A stretch of DNA of 64,000 bases. Source: Sedimentisphaerales bacterium. GTDB lineage: Bacteria; Planctomycetota; Phycisphaerae; Sedimentisphaerales; UBA12454. Under the pieces are notes generated by a model. The model worked only from the letters and a program-made list of their open reading frames with translations. It did not search any database and was not told the DNA's origin. The stretch spans positions 2,901-66,900 of the forward strand of contig JAFGGI010000042.1 of assembly GCA_016930635.1 (NCBI GenBank). The letters are read 5' to 3'. Below, piece after piece: positions 35,847-46,738 of the stretch. A program made the position numbers and the translations under genes. Position 1 is the stretch's first letter. Every line of letters starts with the position of its first letter.

Positions 35847-37583
35847 CTATGCCATACTTTCAAATATATCCAGGCCGTCCATTTCTTCCAGGCTTTTGCC
35901 TGCAGGAACCATCGGCCAGACATTTTCTTCACGTTCGACTTTAAAGTCAACAACGCAGGGTCGTTTTTCTTTGAGCATTTTATCGATAGCGCTTTTGACT
36001 TCGCTTTTCTTATCGACTGTGATGCCGACCGCTCCGAAGGCCTCGGCTACAGCGGCAAATTCAGGATTCTGCAGTGAACTTTTTGAATATCTTTTGCCGT
36101 AGAAAAGCTGCTGCCACTGTCGAACCATACCCATACAGCCGTTATTGATAATGCATACTTTTACAGGCAGTTCGTACTGGACAGCGGTACAAATCTCGCC
36201 CATTGTCATATTGAAGCTGCTGTCGCCGTCGATATCGATAACGAGTGCATCTGGTTTTGCGACCTGTGCGCCGATAGCGGCAGGCAGGCCGAAGCCCATT
36301 GTGCCAAGACCGCCTGACGTTATAAAATGTCTGGGTCTGGTGTGTTTGTAAAACTGTCCTGCCCACATCTGATGCTGGCCTACACCTGTAACGATTATCG
36401 CGCGGTCCTTTGTCGCTTCCCATATCTGTTCGATAACGTATTGGGGTTTTATATTCGGACTTTTGGTATCGTAGCGCAGAGGAAACCGCTTTTTCCAGTC
36501 TGCGATTTTTGAGAACCATTCTTTGCGTGCTCTTGACTGAACTTCTTTAGTCAGTTCGGTCAGGATATATTTTGCATCACCTACGACGGGAATATCAGCA
36601 GAAATGTTCTTACTGATACTGCTCGGGTCAACATCTATATGAATAATCTTTGCATGGGGAGCAAAAGTTTTAACCTTGCCGGTAACTCTGTCATCGAAGC
36701 GCGCGCCGACAGCTATCATCAAATCGCATTCCTGAACAGCGTAATTAGCGTAGGCTGTGCCGTGCATTCCGAGCATATCGAGTGATTCTGGCCTGGTCTG
36801 GTCGTAGGCTCCTAATCCGAGCAGAGTCATTGTTACCGGCAGATTTGCTTTCAGGGCAAATGCGCGTAGTTCGTCTGAGGCGTTTGCACTGATAACGCCG
36901 CCGCCGACGTAGAGGACGGGTTTTTCGGATTTATTTATTGCCTCGGCAGCCATTGATATCTGTCGGTGATGGCCCTTGGCTTTTGGCTTATAGCCCGGAA
37001 GATCGACTCCATTGAAGGGTGTCATCTGGCACTGTGTAACTTCGATATCTACGGGTATATCTACAAGAACCGGGCCTGGCCGGCCGGTTTTAGCTATAAA
37101 GAATGCTTCGCGGATGGCAGGCTGGAGGTCTTTAACATCTTTTACTATCATATTATGTTTTGTTATTGGTCTGGTTATACCGGTGGTATCTGCTTCCTGG
37201 AAGGCGTCATTACCGATAAGGCTTGTCCGTACCTGGCCTGTTATTGCAACCATTGGAACCGAGTCCATCATCGCGTTAGCGATCCCCGTCGTCAGATTAC
37301 ACGCTCCGGGCCCACTCGTCGCGACGACGCAGCCGACTTTGCCGCTGGCCCTTGCATAGCCGTCGGCCATGTGCGCGCCGCCCTGTTCGTGGCGAGGGAT
37401 GATGAAATTAATGGGGGCATCGTAGAGTTTGTCAAACAGTGGTAAGACTACACCGCCCAAATAGCCAAACATAGTGTCAACGCCCTGCTCGATTAGAGTA
37501 TCGACGATAATCTCAGAGCCGAGCTTGATAGGGAGATTAGAGGAACTTCGGGCAGATGCGCCCTTTGAGGGTTTTTCTTTCAT
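35847..37583 (-). CDS. ilvB: acetolactate synthase large (catalytic) subunit
   Basis: 578 aa. It is a ThDP enzyme with GYARASGKVGCVVATSGPGACN and the ThDP-binding motif IDGDSSFNMTMGEI...INNG. Confidence 0.92.
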   Translation of the reverse strand: MKEKPSKGASARSSSNLPIKLGSEIIVDTLIEQGVDTMFGYLGGVVLPLFDKLYDAPINFIIPRHEQGGAHMADGYARASGKVGCVVATSGPGACNLTTGIANAMMDSVPMVAITGQVRTSLIGNDAFQEADTTGITRPITKHNMIVKDVKDLQPAIREAFFIAKTGRPGPVLVDIPVDIEVTQCQMTPFNGVDLPGYKPKAKGHHRQISMAAEAINKSEKPVLYVGGGVISANASDELRAFALKANLPVTMTLLGLGAYDQTRPESLDMLGMHGTAYANYAVQECDLMIAVGARFDDRVTGKVKTFAPHAKIIHIDVDPSSISKNISADIPVVGDAKYILTELTKEVQSRARKEWFSKIADWKKRFPLRYDTKSPNIKPQYVIEQIWEATKDRAIIVTGVGQHQMWAGQFYKHTRPRHFITSGGLGTMGFGLPAAIGAQVAKPDALVIDIDGDSSFNMTMGEICTAVQYELPVKVCIINNGCMGMVRQWQQLFYGKRYSKSSLQNPEFAAVAEAFGAVGITVDKKSEVKSAIDKMLKEKRPCVVDFKVEREENVWPMVPAGKSLEEMDGLDIFESMA

Positions 37584-37779
37584 TTTTTCACTCCTGATAA
37601 ACTATCCAGTTATTCCAGCACTCTGCGGCTTTTCGGGGCTTTTCTGAAGGGCCGACTGTAAAGCAACGAGCTTTACGGCCTGCCGGATCAGGATTTGCAT
37701 CCCGCCGCAGCGCCATAATCGCCCAAAACGGGCGTTTCAGGTTCCGCTGGGCCTTTTTAAGACCCAACGTCACAAACCT

Positions 37780-37808
37780 ATATTAACAGGTATATCGGCC
37801 TTTGTCAA
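37780..37808 (-). promoter_or_regulatory. sigma70-type promoter for ilvBN
   Basis: On the minus strand: -35 TTGACA (37803-37808), exact 17-nt spacer, -10 TAATAT (37780-37785). This predicts a ~190-nt leader before the ilvB ATG at 37583. Confidence 0.6.
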
Positions 37809-37906
37809 CATGAGCGATTATATAAAATCACGATTTTATTGAAAAAAATGGTATTTTTTAGTCCAAATTATAACTGGTTTAATGTCTGGAATTAAAGCAT
37901 CAGGGT

Positions 37907-37915
37907 TGTTATAAT
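37907..37915 (+). promoter_or_regulatory. extended -10 promoter element upstream of the nifU-like gene
   Basis: TGTTATAAT (TGn plus a perfect TATAAT) lies about 40 nt upstream of the ATG at 37957. No good -35 is present. Confidence 0.4.
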
Positions 37916-37956
37916 AGGCTGCGTAAATTTTATTACTTTTTCAGGAGAATCCGAGC

Positions 37957-38217
37957 ATGTGTGATCATTGCGGGTGTAATCAGGAAAAGGGTTTAAAAGA
38001 TAAGGTCATCGAGGTAATTGACAGCATTCGTCCTATGCTGCAAAACGACGGCGGCGATATAGAATTTGTCGAACTGTCAGAGGATAATACTGTCAAGGTT
38101 CGTCTTCAGGGAGCCTGCCGGGGTTGTCCTGGTGCACAGATGACTCTTAAGATGGGGGTTGAAAGACTGCTTAAAGAACGGGTGCCTGAAGTCAAAGAGG
38201 TTGTTGCAGCAAATTAA
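37957..38217 (+). CDS. NifU/Nfu-type Fe-S cluster scaffold domain protein
   Basis: 86 aa with DGGDIEFVEL...VKVRLQGACRGCPGAQMTLK, the CxxC Nfu C-terminal domain signature. Confidence 0.85.
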   Translation: MCDHCGCNQEKGLKDKVIEVIDSIRPMLQNDGGDIEFVELSEDNTVKVRLQGACRGCPGAQMTLKMGVERLLKERVPEVKEVVAAN

Positions 38218-38232
38218 CGGGGGCGATTTTCT

Positions 38233-39003
38233 TTGTCTGATACGGGAAACAATCCTAAAGTTGTTATAGTGATGCCGGCGTATAATGCCGCATCGACCGT
38301 GGAGAATACCGTTAACGATATTCCGGAAGAGTTTCGCAGCGATATTATCCTGGTTGATGACTGCAGTAAAGATAACACGGTTGAAATCGCTGAGCGGCTC
38401 GGACTGACGGTTATTCGGCATGAAAAGAATACGGGTTACGGCGGGAACCAGAAGACCTGTTATGATGCTGCGCTGGAGCGCGGCGCTGATATTGTTGTGA
38501 TGCTGCATCCTGATTATCAGTATGACAGCAGGCTGATACCTTTTTTTATAGGTTTTATTCAGAAAGGTATTTGCGATATGATGCTGGGCAGCAGGATACG
38601 TACAAGAGCTGAAACTATCCAGTCCGGCATGCCTATCTATAAATATATAAGCAACAGGCTTTTGACCATTACGGAAAATTTTGTATTGGGTCAGAATCTC
38701 GGTGATTTTCACAGCGGGTTCAGGGTTTATTCAAGGGCGGTTCTGGAAAAGATACCTTATCATGAGAATTCGGATGATTTTGTTTTCGATTCACAGTTTC
38801 TGGTACAGGCGACCTATTTCGGTTTTAAGATGTCGGATGCACCGGTGCCCTGCCGATATTTTGCCGAGGCTTCAAGCATCAATTTCGTTCGCAGTTCAAG
38901 ATACGGGCTGCTGACATTATATTCACTGGTACAATTCGTACTTCAAAAGTGCGGGCTGGCAAAATTCAAGATATTCGAGCCGAGCGACCGTGCCGGGGCA
39001 TAA
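38233..39003 (+). CDS. family 2 glycosyltransferase
   Basis: 256 aa with [18 protein letters not shown] and [11 protein letters not shown] (DxD context). The start is a TTG at 38233. Confidence 0.8.
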   Translation: MSDTGNNPKVVIVMPAYNAASTVENTVNDIPEEFRSDIILVDDCSKDNTVEIAERLGLTVIRHEKNTGYGGNQKTCYDAALERGADIVVMLHPDYQYDSRLIPFFIGFIQKGICDMMLGSRIRTRAETIQSGMPIYKYISNRLLTITENFVLGQNLGDFHSGFRVYSRAVLEKIPYHENSDDFVFDSQFLVQATYFGFKMSDAPVPCRYFAEASSINFVRSSRYGLLTLYSLVQFVLQKCGLAKFKIFEPSDRAGA

Positions 39004-39007
39004 CAAA

Positions 39008-40810
39008 TTATTCTGTTACTTTTTCCGGCCGGGGTCTTAAGCGGTACAGATTTATATAACGTCTCTGATTGATTCTAATCTGTTTTATGAACTGATAAGG
39101 TCCGATGTCCTTTGCAGCCTGGAGAGGTGCGATGTTTGACATTTTCCAGAATTTGTAATAGTGATTTTGCGGGGTAAGTCCCATTCGCGAATCCCAGGCT
39201 ATGTAAGTGATATTTCTTTGGTAGCATTCTTCGGCAAATGCGGCCGGGTCGTTAGCGTCAAACGTATCTGTGTGTATGAAGTTGTCGGCGTAATCTGGCG
39301 CCATTGTCTGGAGGATAATGGGGACAGTGAGGACCATTTTTTCTGTCGGCTGGGCATTTTCGATGTACCAGTCCAGAAGATATTTGAATTCTACATCCCT
39401 TTCGCCGTTGCCGACGACGCCTGCTACGGCAAATTGATTAGATACAATCATAAGAATCATTAACGACAGTATCACAAAATATTTAAATAAATTATCTCTA
39501 TAAGCATAATATATTGCGGCGAGAGCTATACAGACAACAAGTATTGAAACATAAGGCAACGAGATACTGTCTTTACTCATAGGCGCTATTTTCGGCAGAT
39601 AGCTGAAGAGAGTAAGAGTCCAGATAAGAGTTGTTATCAAAACTACTGCTTGAGCGATGATGACAGCCGGTCGAGGTATTTTTCCAGTGGATATGATAAG
39701 TTTCCATAAGTTGTATACTCCGTATAGGCATATCAGGACAAATATAGCAAAGACAGTTGCGTGATATCTATGCAGCGGATACGGGTATTTTGCATGAGCA
39801 TAGAAGTACGGCAGGAGGAATATTAACAAGACGAGAATTTTCCACTGTTTTTTCCACAGGCCGTAGATAGAACCAAAGAGGAAAGATGCAACGGCAAAGA
39901 TCTTTGTTGAGGCAGCAACTACTGCAGCAAAAGTTTTGGCATCTTTAGAGGGCACCATAAACAGCGTGGAGAATGCGACCTGCCATAACATTTTTGCATG
40001 CATTGCAATTCCTACCCTGCTTTCCACGCCGCCGGCGAACTGGTCTCTAAAAGCTTTTGAGAATAAAGAGTTCAGATAATGTGTTCCTCCGCTTTCAACT
40101 TCCCATGCTGCAATAGTTCCCAATATCCAGAGTGCCAGTGGTACGGCAGCAATTGATGCATATACGAAAGCCATGATGCGTTCTTTTTTGTCTTTGGCAT
40201 ATATCATATCCATAAGGAAGGCGGCGAAGATAAGAGTTGCGCCTTCATAACGCGTCATTGTTGTCAGCGAGGCGAAAAGGTATGCCCATTTCGACCTTAT
40301 GAATATGAAGTATAGAGTTATCCAGATGAAAAACAGCAGCGTGGTTTCGGCGATAGCTTCTGTCAGGAGCTGCAGAGACCAGGGATTGATTATAGCAATA
40401 ATTGCAAAGAAGGCAGCGGTTTTGCCTATGAGTTTTTTTGCGGTGAGCCACAAGAATACTATGGTAAGGGAGTGTGCTATTGAATTGAGGAGCCAGCCGC
40501 CGGGCAGTTCGGGGCATTGGCCGCCGGTGATCTTTCCGAGCAGTACCTGCATTATTCCGACGAGAGGGACACGTTTAAAAGTACAGGGCATTTGAAAAGA
40601 CAGGAGTTCTCGACCAATGACGGCAAAACAATTGAAATCAAAATGGGGAACAATCTGATGTCCCCAGTATATTACAGCCTGGTAGATACCGAATGCGAGG
40701 AGGAGAAAGAACAAGAAGGTGTTAACATTTTTTTCTCTTTTTTCGAACTGCAGTTTGACGGAAGCAGGATCCTGTGAAGGTTTAATCTGTTTTGGTCTTC
40801 TGCGTTTCAT
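39008..40810 (-). CDS. polytopic membrane protein, GT-C/ArnT-PMT-like putative glycosyltransferase
   Basis: 600 aa with more than 10 hydrophobic helices followed by a soluble C-terminal domain. It converges on the GT2 gene. The family assignment rests on architecture only. Confidence 0.45.
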   Translation of the reverse strand: MKRRRPKQIKPSQDPASVKLQFEKREKNVNTFLFFLLLAFGIYQAVIYWGHQIVPHFDFNCFAVIGRELLSFQMPCTFKRVPLVGIMQVLLGKITGGQCPELPGGWLLNSIAHSLTIVFLWLTAKKLIGKTAAFFAIIAIINPWSLQLLTEAIAETTLLFFIWITLYFIFIRSKWAYLFASLTTMTRYEGATLIFAAFLMDMIYAKDKKERIMAFVYASIAAVPLALWILGTIAAWEVESGGTHYLNSLFSKAFRDQFAGGVESRVGIAMHAKMLWQVAFSTLFMVPSKDAKTFAAVVAASTKIFAVASFLFGSIYGLWKKQWKILVLLIFLLPYFYAHAKYPYPLHRYHATVFAIFVLICLYGVYNLWKLIISTGKIPRPAVIIAQAVVLITTLIWTLTLFSYLPKIAPMSKDSISLPYVSILVVCIALAAIYYAYRDNLFKYFVILSLMILMIVSNQFAVAGVVGNGERDVEFKYLLDWYIENAQPTEKMVLTVPIILQTMAPDYADNFIHTDTFDANDPAAFAEECYQRNITYIAWDSRMGLTPQNHYYKFWKMSNIAPLQAAKDIGPYQFIKQIRINQRRYINLYRLRPRPEKVTE

Positions 40811-40813
40811 TGT

Positions 40814-41881
40814 TTAAGCCTGGGTAAAAATTTTTTTGATTTTTTCGGCATTCGGCTGAGTAATAACACCTTTTTCCGTAATTATCGCGGTGATATTTTC
40901 GGCAGGTGTTACATCAAAAGCAGGATTATATACTTTTATTCTGTCCGGAGCAATCGGAATATTTTTAATCATAGTCACTTCCTGCGGCGGGCGTTGTTCG
41001 ATGGGGATACTGTCGCCGTTTTTCAGTTTCAAATCAAAAGTACTGGAAGGTGCGGCGATATAGAACGGTATATTATGTGCTTTTGCGAGAATACTTAATG
41101 GGTATGTTCCGATTTTGTTAGCGGCGTCACCGTTAGCGGCAATTCTGTCGGCACCGGTGAAAATAGCGTTTATTTTTCCCTGTTTCATAAGAGTGCCGGC
41201 CATATTGTCACAGATAAGGGTAACATCGATTCCGGCCTGAGCAAGTTCCCAGGCGGTAAGTCTTGCGCCCTGTAGGAGGGGTCTTGTTTCATCGGCATAT
41301 ACTTTGAATTTTTTACTGTTTTTCTGTGCTTCGAATATCGGTGCCAGTGCTGTGCCGTCGCCGGCGGTTGCGAGAGCTCCTGCGTTGCAGTGTGTCAGGA
41401 CTGCGCCGCCGGCAGGGACGAATTTTTCGCCGTTGATACCAATATTGTGACACATTTCGACGTCTTCGTCATAAATTTTCTGTGCTTCTGCCAGCAGGGA
41501 CTTTCTTAAATCATTTGTTTCGGCATTCGGGTTTTCGGTAATAAATTTATCGGCAGTTTTTTTCATTCTTTCCAGTGCCCAGAAGAGATTTACTGCGGTC
41601 GGTCTTGATTGGGCGAGATAATCTGCTTTTTTCCGGATATTCTTTACAGAGTCGGCGGCTGTTGAGTTTTTCGATTCCTGAGCGGCAAGGCATATGCCGA
41701 AGCCGGCGGCAACTCCTATTGCGGGAGCTCCTCTTACGGCGAGGGTTTTTATGGCGTCATATAACTGTTGTACCGTTTTACATTCTATTTCAGTAAATTC
41801 TTCAGGAAGTTTTCGCTGGTCGGTCAGTTTCAAAAAGCCGTTGATATCACCAATCCATTGCAGAGTTTTAAAGTTTTTCAC
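40814..41881 (-). CDS. mtnA: S-methyl-5-thioribose-1-phosphate isomerase (eIF-2B family)
   Basis: 355 aa with VRGAPAIGVAAGFG, the HCNAGALAT context, ETRPLLQGARLTAWEL and GADRIAANGD. Confidence 0.88.
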   Translation of the reverse strand: MKNFKTLQWIGDINGFLKLTDQRKLPEEFTEIECKTVQQLYDAIKTLAVRGAPAIGVAAGFGICLAAQESKNSTAADSVKNIRKKADYLAQSRPTAVNLFWALERMKKTADKFITENPNAETNDLRKSLLAEAQKIYDEDVEMCHNIGINGEKFVPAGGAVLTHCNAGALATAGDGTALAPIFEAQKNSKKFKVYADETRPLLQGARLTAWELAQAGIDVTLICDNMAGTLMKQGKINAIFTGADRIAANGDAANKIGTYPLSILAKAHNIPFYIAAPSSTFDLKLKNGDSIPIEQRPPQEVTMIKNIPIAPDRIKVYNPAFDVTPAENITAIITEKGVITQPNAEKIKKIFTQA

Positions 41882-41883
41882 AA

Positions 41884-44736
41884 TTAACCCTTAGTTTTTT
41901 CGCCATTCAAGTGTTCAGCGAGATATTTTGCTGTATAGCTTTTTTTAACTTCTATGACTTCTTCCGGTGTTCCGGCGGCAATTACTTTTCCACCTGCCTG
42001 TCCGCCTTCGGGGCCGAGGTCTATAATATAATCTGCAATTTTGATAACATCAAGGTTATGTTCGATAACAATAACCGTGTTTCCGAGGTCACAGAGTCTC
42101 TGGAGGACATTGAGGAGGTTATGGATATCGGCGAAGTGCAGACCTGTAGTAGGTTCGTCAAGCAGATATAGTGTGTGCCCTGTCGGGGCTTTCCCGAGTT
42201 CTGCGGCGAGTTTGACCCTTTGAGCTTCACCGCCTGAGAGCGTGGTTGAGGATTGGCCGAGCTGCATATATCCGAGGCCGACATCGTTCAGCGTTCTAAG
42301 CAGCCGTACAATTTTTGGGAAGTTTGTAAAGAACTTCATTGCCTGGACGACCTGCATATCAAGGACGTCGGCGATATTTTTTCCTTTATATGTAATCTGC
42401 AGTGTTTCGGGGTTGTATCTTTTTCCCTTGCACTGCTGACAGACGACATAAACGTCGGGGAGGAAGTGCATTTCAATTTTTTTCGTGCCCTGTCCCTGGC
42501 AATGTTCACATCTGCCTCCTTTTATATTGAAGCTGAACCTGCCGGGGGTATAGCCTCTGATGCGAGCTTCTCTTGTTTTTGCGAATAATTGTCTTATCAG
42601 GTCAAAGACTCCTGTGTATGTAACGGGATTGCTGCGAGGAGTTTTGCCTATTGGCGACTGGTCTATTTCTATGACTTTGTCGACGTGGCTGGTGCCGAGG
42701 ATGTTTTTGTGTTTGCCGGGTTTTGGGCCTGTGTAATATAATTTTCTTTTCAGGCCTTTGAGGAGGACTTCGGTAACGAGTGTGCTTTTTCCTGAGCCTG
42801 AGACGCCGGTGACGCAAATAAAGGCGCCGAGCGGAAATTTGACATCGATATCCTTGAGGTTATTTTCGGCAGCAGCTTTTACCTCGATGGCGTAACTTTT
42901 TTTGATTTTCCGTCTTTTGACGGGAAGTGCTATTTTTTTTCTCTTCGAAAGATAATCGCCTGTCAGTGAGTCGGCAGATTTGCATATATCCTGAACAGTT
43001 CCCTGTGCAACGATGCGACCGCCCTGGTCGCCTGCAGCAGGACCTATATCGATTACATAATCTGCATTTCGAATGACGTCTTCATCGTGTTCAACGACGA
43101 GAACTGTATTGCCTATATCAGTCAGTCTTCTTAATATTCCCAGGAGTCTGTCATTGTCACGTCTGTGCAGACCTATTGTAGGTTCATCGAGCACGTAACA
43201 GCAGCCGACGAGTCCGCTTCCGACCTGTGTGGCGAGCCTGATGCGCTGGGCTTCACCTCCGCTTAATGTGCCGCTTCTTCTGTCGAGGGTCAAATATCCC
43301 AGTCCGACATCTGTAAGGAATTTCAATCTTGCTTTTATCTCTTTCAAAGGCTGGACAGCAATCAGAGCTTTTTCACCATCAAACTGCAATTCATCAAAAA
43401 ATTTCTGTGCTTTTTCGACGCTCATCCTGGCTATGTCATTGATATTTTTTCCGTTTATAGTAACCGCGATGGCTTCTTTTCGCAGGCGAGCGCCTTTGCA
43501 GCTTCTGCAGGGCTGTTCGGAAAGATAACCGTGGAGTCTTGCTTTTACAAACTGGCTTGCGGTTTTTTCCCATCTTTTGTTAAGGTTCGGGATGACACCT
43601 TCGAAATGGATATCATATTTTTTCTCGTCTTTTTCTGTGGTGCCATATATCAATATTTTCCTTATGTCCGCGGGTATTTTTGCAAAAGGCATGGATTTGG
43701 AAATCCGGAAATTTCTGCAGAATCTATTAATAAGTCTGCTGTAGAATATATTCATTCTTTTGCCGCCCTTTCGCCAGGCATCGATGGCACCATTTTCCAA
43801 GGGCAGATTTTTGTCTGGTACGATGAGCTCTTCATCAAATTCGAGAATTGTACCCAGGCCGTCGCAACTGCTGCAGGCTCCATAAGGGCTGTTAAAGCTG
43901 AAAAGTCTGGGTGAAAGCTCTTCGAGTGATGCTGCGGGATGTTTGTCGCAGGCGAATTTTTCACTATAGACGACGTCTTTCCATTCGCCATTGCCGCCGT
44001 TCTTTTTGTCTTCATCCGGTTTTTGAACCATAACAAAGATAGAACCGTCGCCGAGTTTAAGGGCGGTTTCGACAGAGTCGGCGAGACGAATACGAATGGA
44101 ATCTTTTATAATGAGCCTGTCAACTACGGCGGCGATATCATGTTTTTTATTTTTGTCGAGCCTGGGCAGGTTTTTGATGTCGTAAATAACATCATCAACA
44201 CGGACACGTACAAAGCCCTGGGTCTGTACCATTATAAAAATATCCTTGTGCTCACCTTTTTGGCCTCTTACGAGGGGCGCACAGACCTGAATTTTTGTAC
44301 CCTCGGGCAGAGTCAATATGTCATCAACTATCTGCGTAGCGTGGCGAGAGGATATCTCTTTTCCGCAAATCCAGCAATGCGGTGTACCTGCCCTTGCGAA
44401 AAGGAGCCGGCAGTAGTCGTAAATTTCAGTTGTTGTGGCGACGGTCGAACGGGGATTGCTGGCAGCGCTTCTCTGCTCTATGGCGATGGTCGGGGGGAGA
44501 CCTTCGATGTACTCGACTTCAGGCTTTTGCATCTGCTCGAGGAACTGCCTGGCATAGGCACTTAAGGATTCGACATATTTACGCTGACCCTCGGCGTATA
44601 TGGTGTCAAAGGCAAGCGAGCTTTTACCTGAGCCGCTGATGCCTGTAACTACGACGAATTTGTCACGAGGGATATCGACATCTATATTTTTCAGATTGTG
44701 CTGAGAAGCACCAACTATTTTTATGGATTTTTGCAT
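41884..44736 (-). CDS. uvrA: excinuclease ABC subunit A
   Basis: 950 aa with tandem ABC modules ([23 protein letters not shown]), zinc-finger Cys clusters and LSGGEAQR signatures. Confidence 0.95.
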   Translation of the reverse strand: MQKSIKIVGASQHNLKNIDVDIPRDKFVVVTGISGSGKSSLAFDTIYAEGQRKYVESLSAYARQFLEQMQKPEVEYIEGLPPTIAIEQRSAASNPRSTVATTTEIYDYCRLLFARAGTPHCWICGKEISSRHATQIVDDILTLPEGTKIQVCAPLVRGQKGEHKDIFIMVQTQGFVRVRVDDVIYDIKNLPRLDKNKKHDIAAVVDRLIIKDSIRIRLADSVETALKLGDGSIFVMVQKPDEDKKNGGNGEWKDVVYSEKFACDKHPAASLEELSPRLFSFNSPYGACSSCDGLGTILEFDEELIVPDKNLPLENGAIDAWRKGGKRMNIFYSRLINRFCRNFRISKSMPFAKIPADIRKILIYGTTEKDEKKYDIHFEGVIPNLNKRWEKTASQFVKARLHGYLSEQPCRSCKGARLRKEAIAVTINGKNINDIARMSVEKAQKFFDELQFDGEKALIAVQPLKEIKARLKFLTDVGLGYLTLDRRSGTLSGGEAQRIRLATQVGSGLVGCCYVLDEPTIGLHRRDNDRLLGILRRLTDIGNTVLVVEHDEDVIRNADYVIDIGPAAGDQGGRIVAQGTVQDICKSADSLTGDYLSKRKKIALPVKRRKIKKSYAIEVKAAAENNLKDIDVKFPLGAFICVTGVSGSGKSTLVTEVLLKGLKRKLYYTGPKPGKHKNILGTSHVDKVIEIDQSPIGKTPRSNPVTYTGVFDLIRQLFAKTREARIRGYTPGRFSFNIKGGRCEHCQGQGTKKIEMHFLPDVYVVCQQCKGKRYNPETLQITYKGKNIADVLDMQVVQAMKFFTNFPKIVRLLRTLNDVGLGYMQLGQSSTTLSGGEAQRVKLAAELGKAPTGHTLYLLDEPTTGLHFADIHNLLNVLQRLCDLGNTVIVIEHNLDVIKIADYIIDLGPEGGQAGGKVIAAGTPEEVIEVKKSYTAKYLAEHLNGEKTKG

Positions 44737-45018
44737 TATTTTTCTCGCAGGCTAAAGCCTGCTCCATATTTCCTGCGGAAACAACCGCTCCCTCACCCAT
44801 CCTTCGCTGAAGCTACGGAGGGCAGGCTGTCGCGGCTCTGTTAAGTTTTTTACTATTTGTTTCCCTGCCTGCTTTTCGGCATTTACTTAGCGTTAGCATC
44901 TGTCTGCAGAAAATAGACAGTAGGCCAATTTGGCTATTGTAACAAAATAATTCAAGAAGTAAACTATTATTTTAGACACGGATTAACACAGATTTACACT
45001 GTTAAAGATACTATTTCT

Positions 45019-45699
45019 ATGCAAATAAAGAAGTTACATAGCTGGGATATCAGTGTAAAAGAGGCTGTCAAGCTGCAAAGGGGCCTTTCGCCAAAGGTTA
45101 AGATGCAGGGGTTCAATAAGAAGATTAAGACTATTGCAGGTATTGATTGTGCGTTTAGGGCGGATGGAGAAAAAATTATCGCCTGTGTAGTTGTTTTAGC
45201 TGCTGAAAATTTCGACGTAATTGAGACTGTATATGCTGTAAGGGGTGTGAAATTTCCATATATATCGGGATTTTTGTCGTTTCGTGAGGCACCGGCGTGC
45301 CTTGCGGCGTGGGAGAAATTGAAAACAAGACCTGATTGTGTGATCGTTGACGGCCAGGGTATTGCGCATCCGCGAAGGCTGGGACTGGCGTGTCACCTGG
45401 GACTTTTTATCGATATTCCAACTATAGGATGCGCCAAAAGCAGGCTAATCGGGGATTTTACAGAACCCGGATTAGCTAAAGGTTCAACAAGTGCGCTGAT
45501 AAATAAAGGAAAAACTATCGGTTCAGTTGTTAGAAGTCGGGACAATGTAAAACCGCTTTTTGTTTCGGTCGGTCACAAATGCAGATTGTCTGATGCGGTG
45601 AGAATTGTGCTTGACTGCTGTGTGAAATATAGATTGCCTGAGCCGAGCAGAATTGCACATCAGACGGTGACAAAACTGAAATTGAAGATTGAATATTGA
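45019..45699 (+). CDS. nfi: endonuclease V (deoxyinosine 3' endonuclease)
   Basis: 226 aa with GIDCAF, SGFLSFREAP, VDGQGIAHPRRLGLACHLGL and PTIGCAKS motifs. Confidence 0.9.
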   Translation: MQIKKLHSWDISVKEAVKLQRGLSPKVKMQGFNKKIKTIAGIDCAFRADGEKIIACVVVLAAENFDVIETVYAVRGVKFPYISGFLSFREAPACLAAWEKLKTRPDCVIVDGQGIAHPRRLGLACHLGLFIDIPTIGCAKSRLIGDFTEPGLAKGSTSALINKGKTIGSVVRSRDNVKPLFVSVGHKCRLSDAVRIVLDCCVKYRLPEPSRIAHQTVTKLKLKIEY

Positions 45700-45820
45700 A
45701 TATTTAAGATTGATGAATTGCCTGTCGGCAATGTGGTTTTAAAAGACTTAAATATCGTCGCTGCGGGCGACGGCTAACTGAGATTCTTCACTTCCGCCGA
45801 TGTTAGAACTGTGGCGAGAG

Positions 45821-45864
45821 AAATAGGTGACTGTCCCTATTTAACTCCGTCCCTATTTAACTCC
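45821..45864 (+). repeat. AAATAGG-N8-CCTATTT palindrome repeat (left copy plus partial tandem)
   Basis: AAATAGGTGACTGTCCCTATTTAACTCC is followed by GTCCCTATTTAACTCC. Related copies lie at 46671-46738. Confidence 0.8.
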
Positions 45865-45868
45865 GCTT

Positions 45869-46609
45869 TCAGCGTCTAAATATTTTTCCTAAAATCCATA
45901 AAACAGTTGATCCTATCAATAACCATGTAAGGACTTTAGAAATCAGACCGATACTTTTTTCGCTCATTTTACGACTAAGTTCCCGGGATGTAAGCTTAGA
46001 CTTCTTAAACTTATGTCCCTCGGAATACCCAAACGAAGCTATAACATCATCAATCATCTTTAAAAAATTAGTCGAGTCCTTATCACGTGAATAGCAATTA
46101 AGTTCTGTTATTCCATTACTGCCTAATAATTTGACAACTACCACACATAATTTCCTGCCGTCATTATGCACATACTCCTTCATCGCGTAAGCAAAATGTT
46201 TGTCCAAATCATAATAGTCTTTAGAGGCTGTTTCTGTAAATTCCTTACTCGTCGTCCTCATCTGCCACATCCTCCAGTCTGCAAGATATCCGGTGTCTAT
46301 ATGTGGTTTATATGCAAAAGAAGATGCAAAGCTTTCAGCTTCATCACAGGTAGCCTCCTCGAACTTTCTATACTCAACTAAGATGCCCGGACTCCAATAA
46401 GGCTTATTTTCTGCTTCATGGCAAATAGTAACAACATTATTAAATGCTTTAACTAATTTTGCAGATATGTCTTTCGGCAAATCTGAAATAGCTGTACATT
46501 CCCATGAATCAGGTAATGTAAAAGAAATCCCGAGGCAAGGGTCACTGTATTGAGTTGCATAAACTATACTATGCAACATCAAAAAACAAACAAACGCTAT
46601 TCTTCTCAC
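45869..46609 (-). CDS. hypothetical secreted protein with C-terminal membrane anchor
   Basis: 246 aa with an N-terminal signal-like MRRIAFVCFLMLHSIVYA and a C-terminal hydrophobic helix LISKVLTWLLIGSTVLWILG. No family was recognised. Confidence 0.5.
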   Translation of the reverse strand: MRRIAFVCFLMLHSIVYATQYSDPCLGISFTLPDSWECTAISDLPKDISAKLVKAFNNVVTICHEAENKPYWSPGILVEYRKFEEATCDEAESFASSFAYKPHIDTGYLADWRMWQMRTTSKEFTETASKDYYDLDKHFAYAMKEYVHNDGRKLCVVVVKLLGSNGITELNCYSRDKDSTNFLKMIDDVIASFGYSEGHKFKKSKLTSRELSRKMSEKSIGLISKVLTWLLIGSTVLWILGKIFRR

Positions 46610-46670
46610 ATTAACTTCCTTTGGCTCTCTGAAACGTTAAGCATAAATCATAAATACATGGTATAAATAG

Positions 46671-46738
46671 TGGTATAAATAGGTGACTGTCCCTATTTAA
46701 TCCTGTGGTATAAATAGGTGACTGTCCCTATTTAATCC
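46671..46738 (+). repeat. two tandem copies of GGTATAAATAGGTGACTGTCCCTATTTAATCC
   Basis: The unit was read directly twice, at 46671-46705 and 46706-46738. It has the same core as 45821-45848. Confidence 0.8.

Noticed and set aside
37588-37773. 61-aa ORF in the ilvB leader as an attenuation leader peptide
   Set aside because: It has no clustering of Ile/Val/Leu codons, is far longer than known leader peptides, and has a GTG start without a Shine-Dalgarno sequence.
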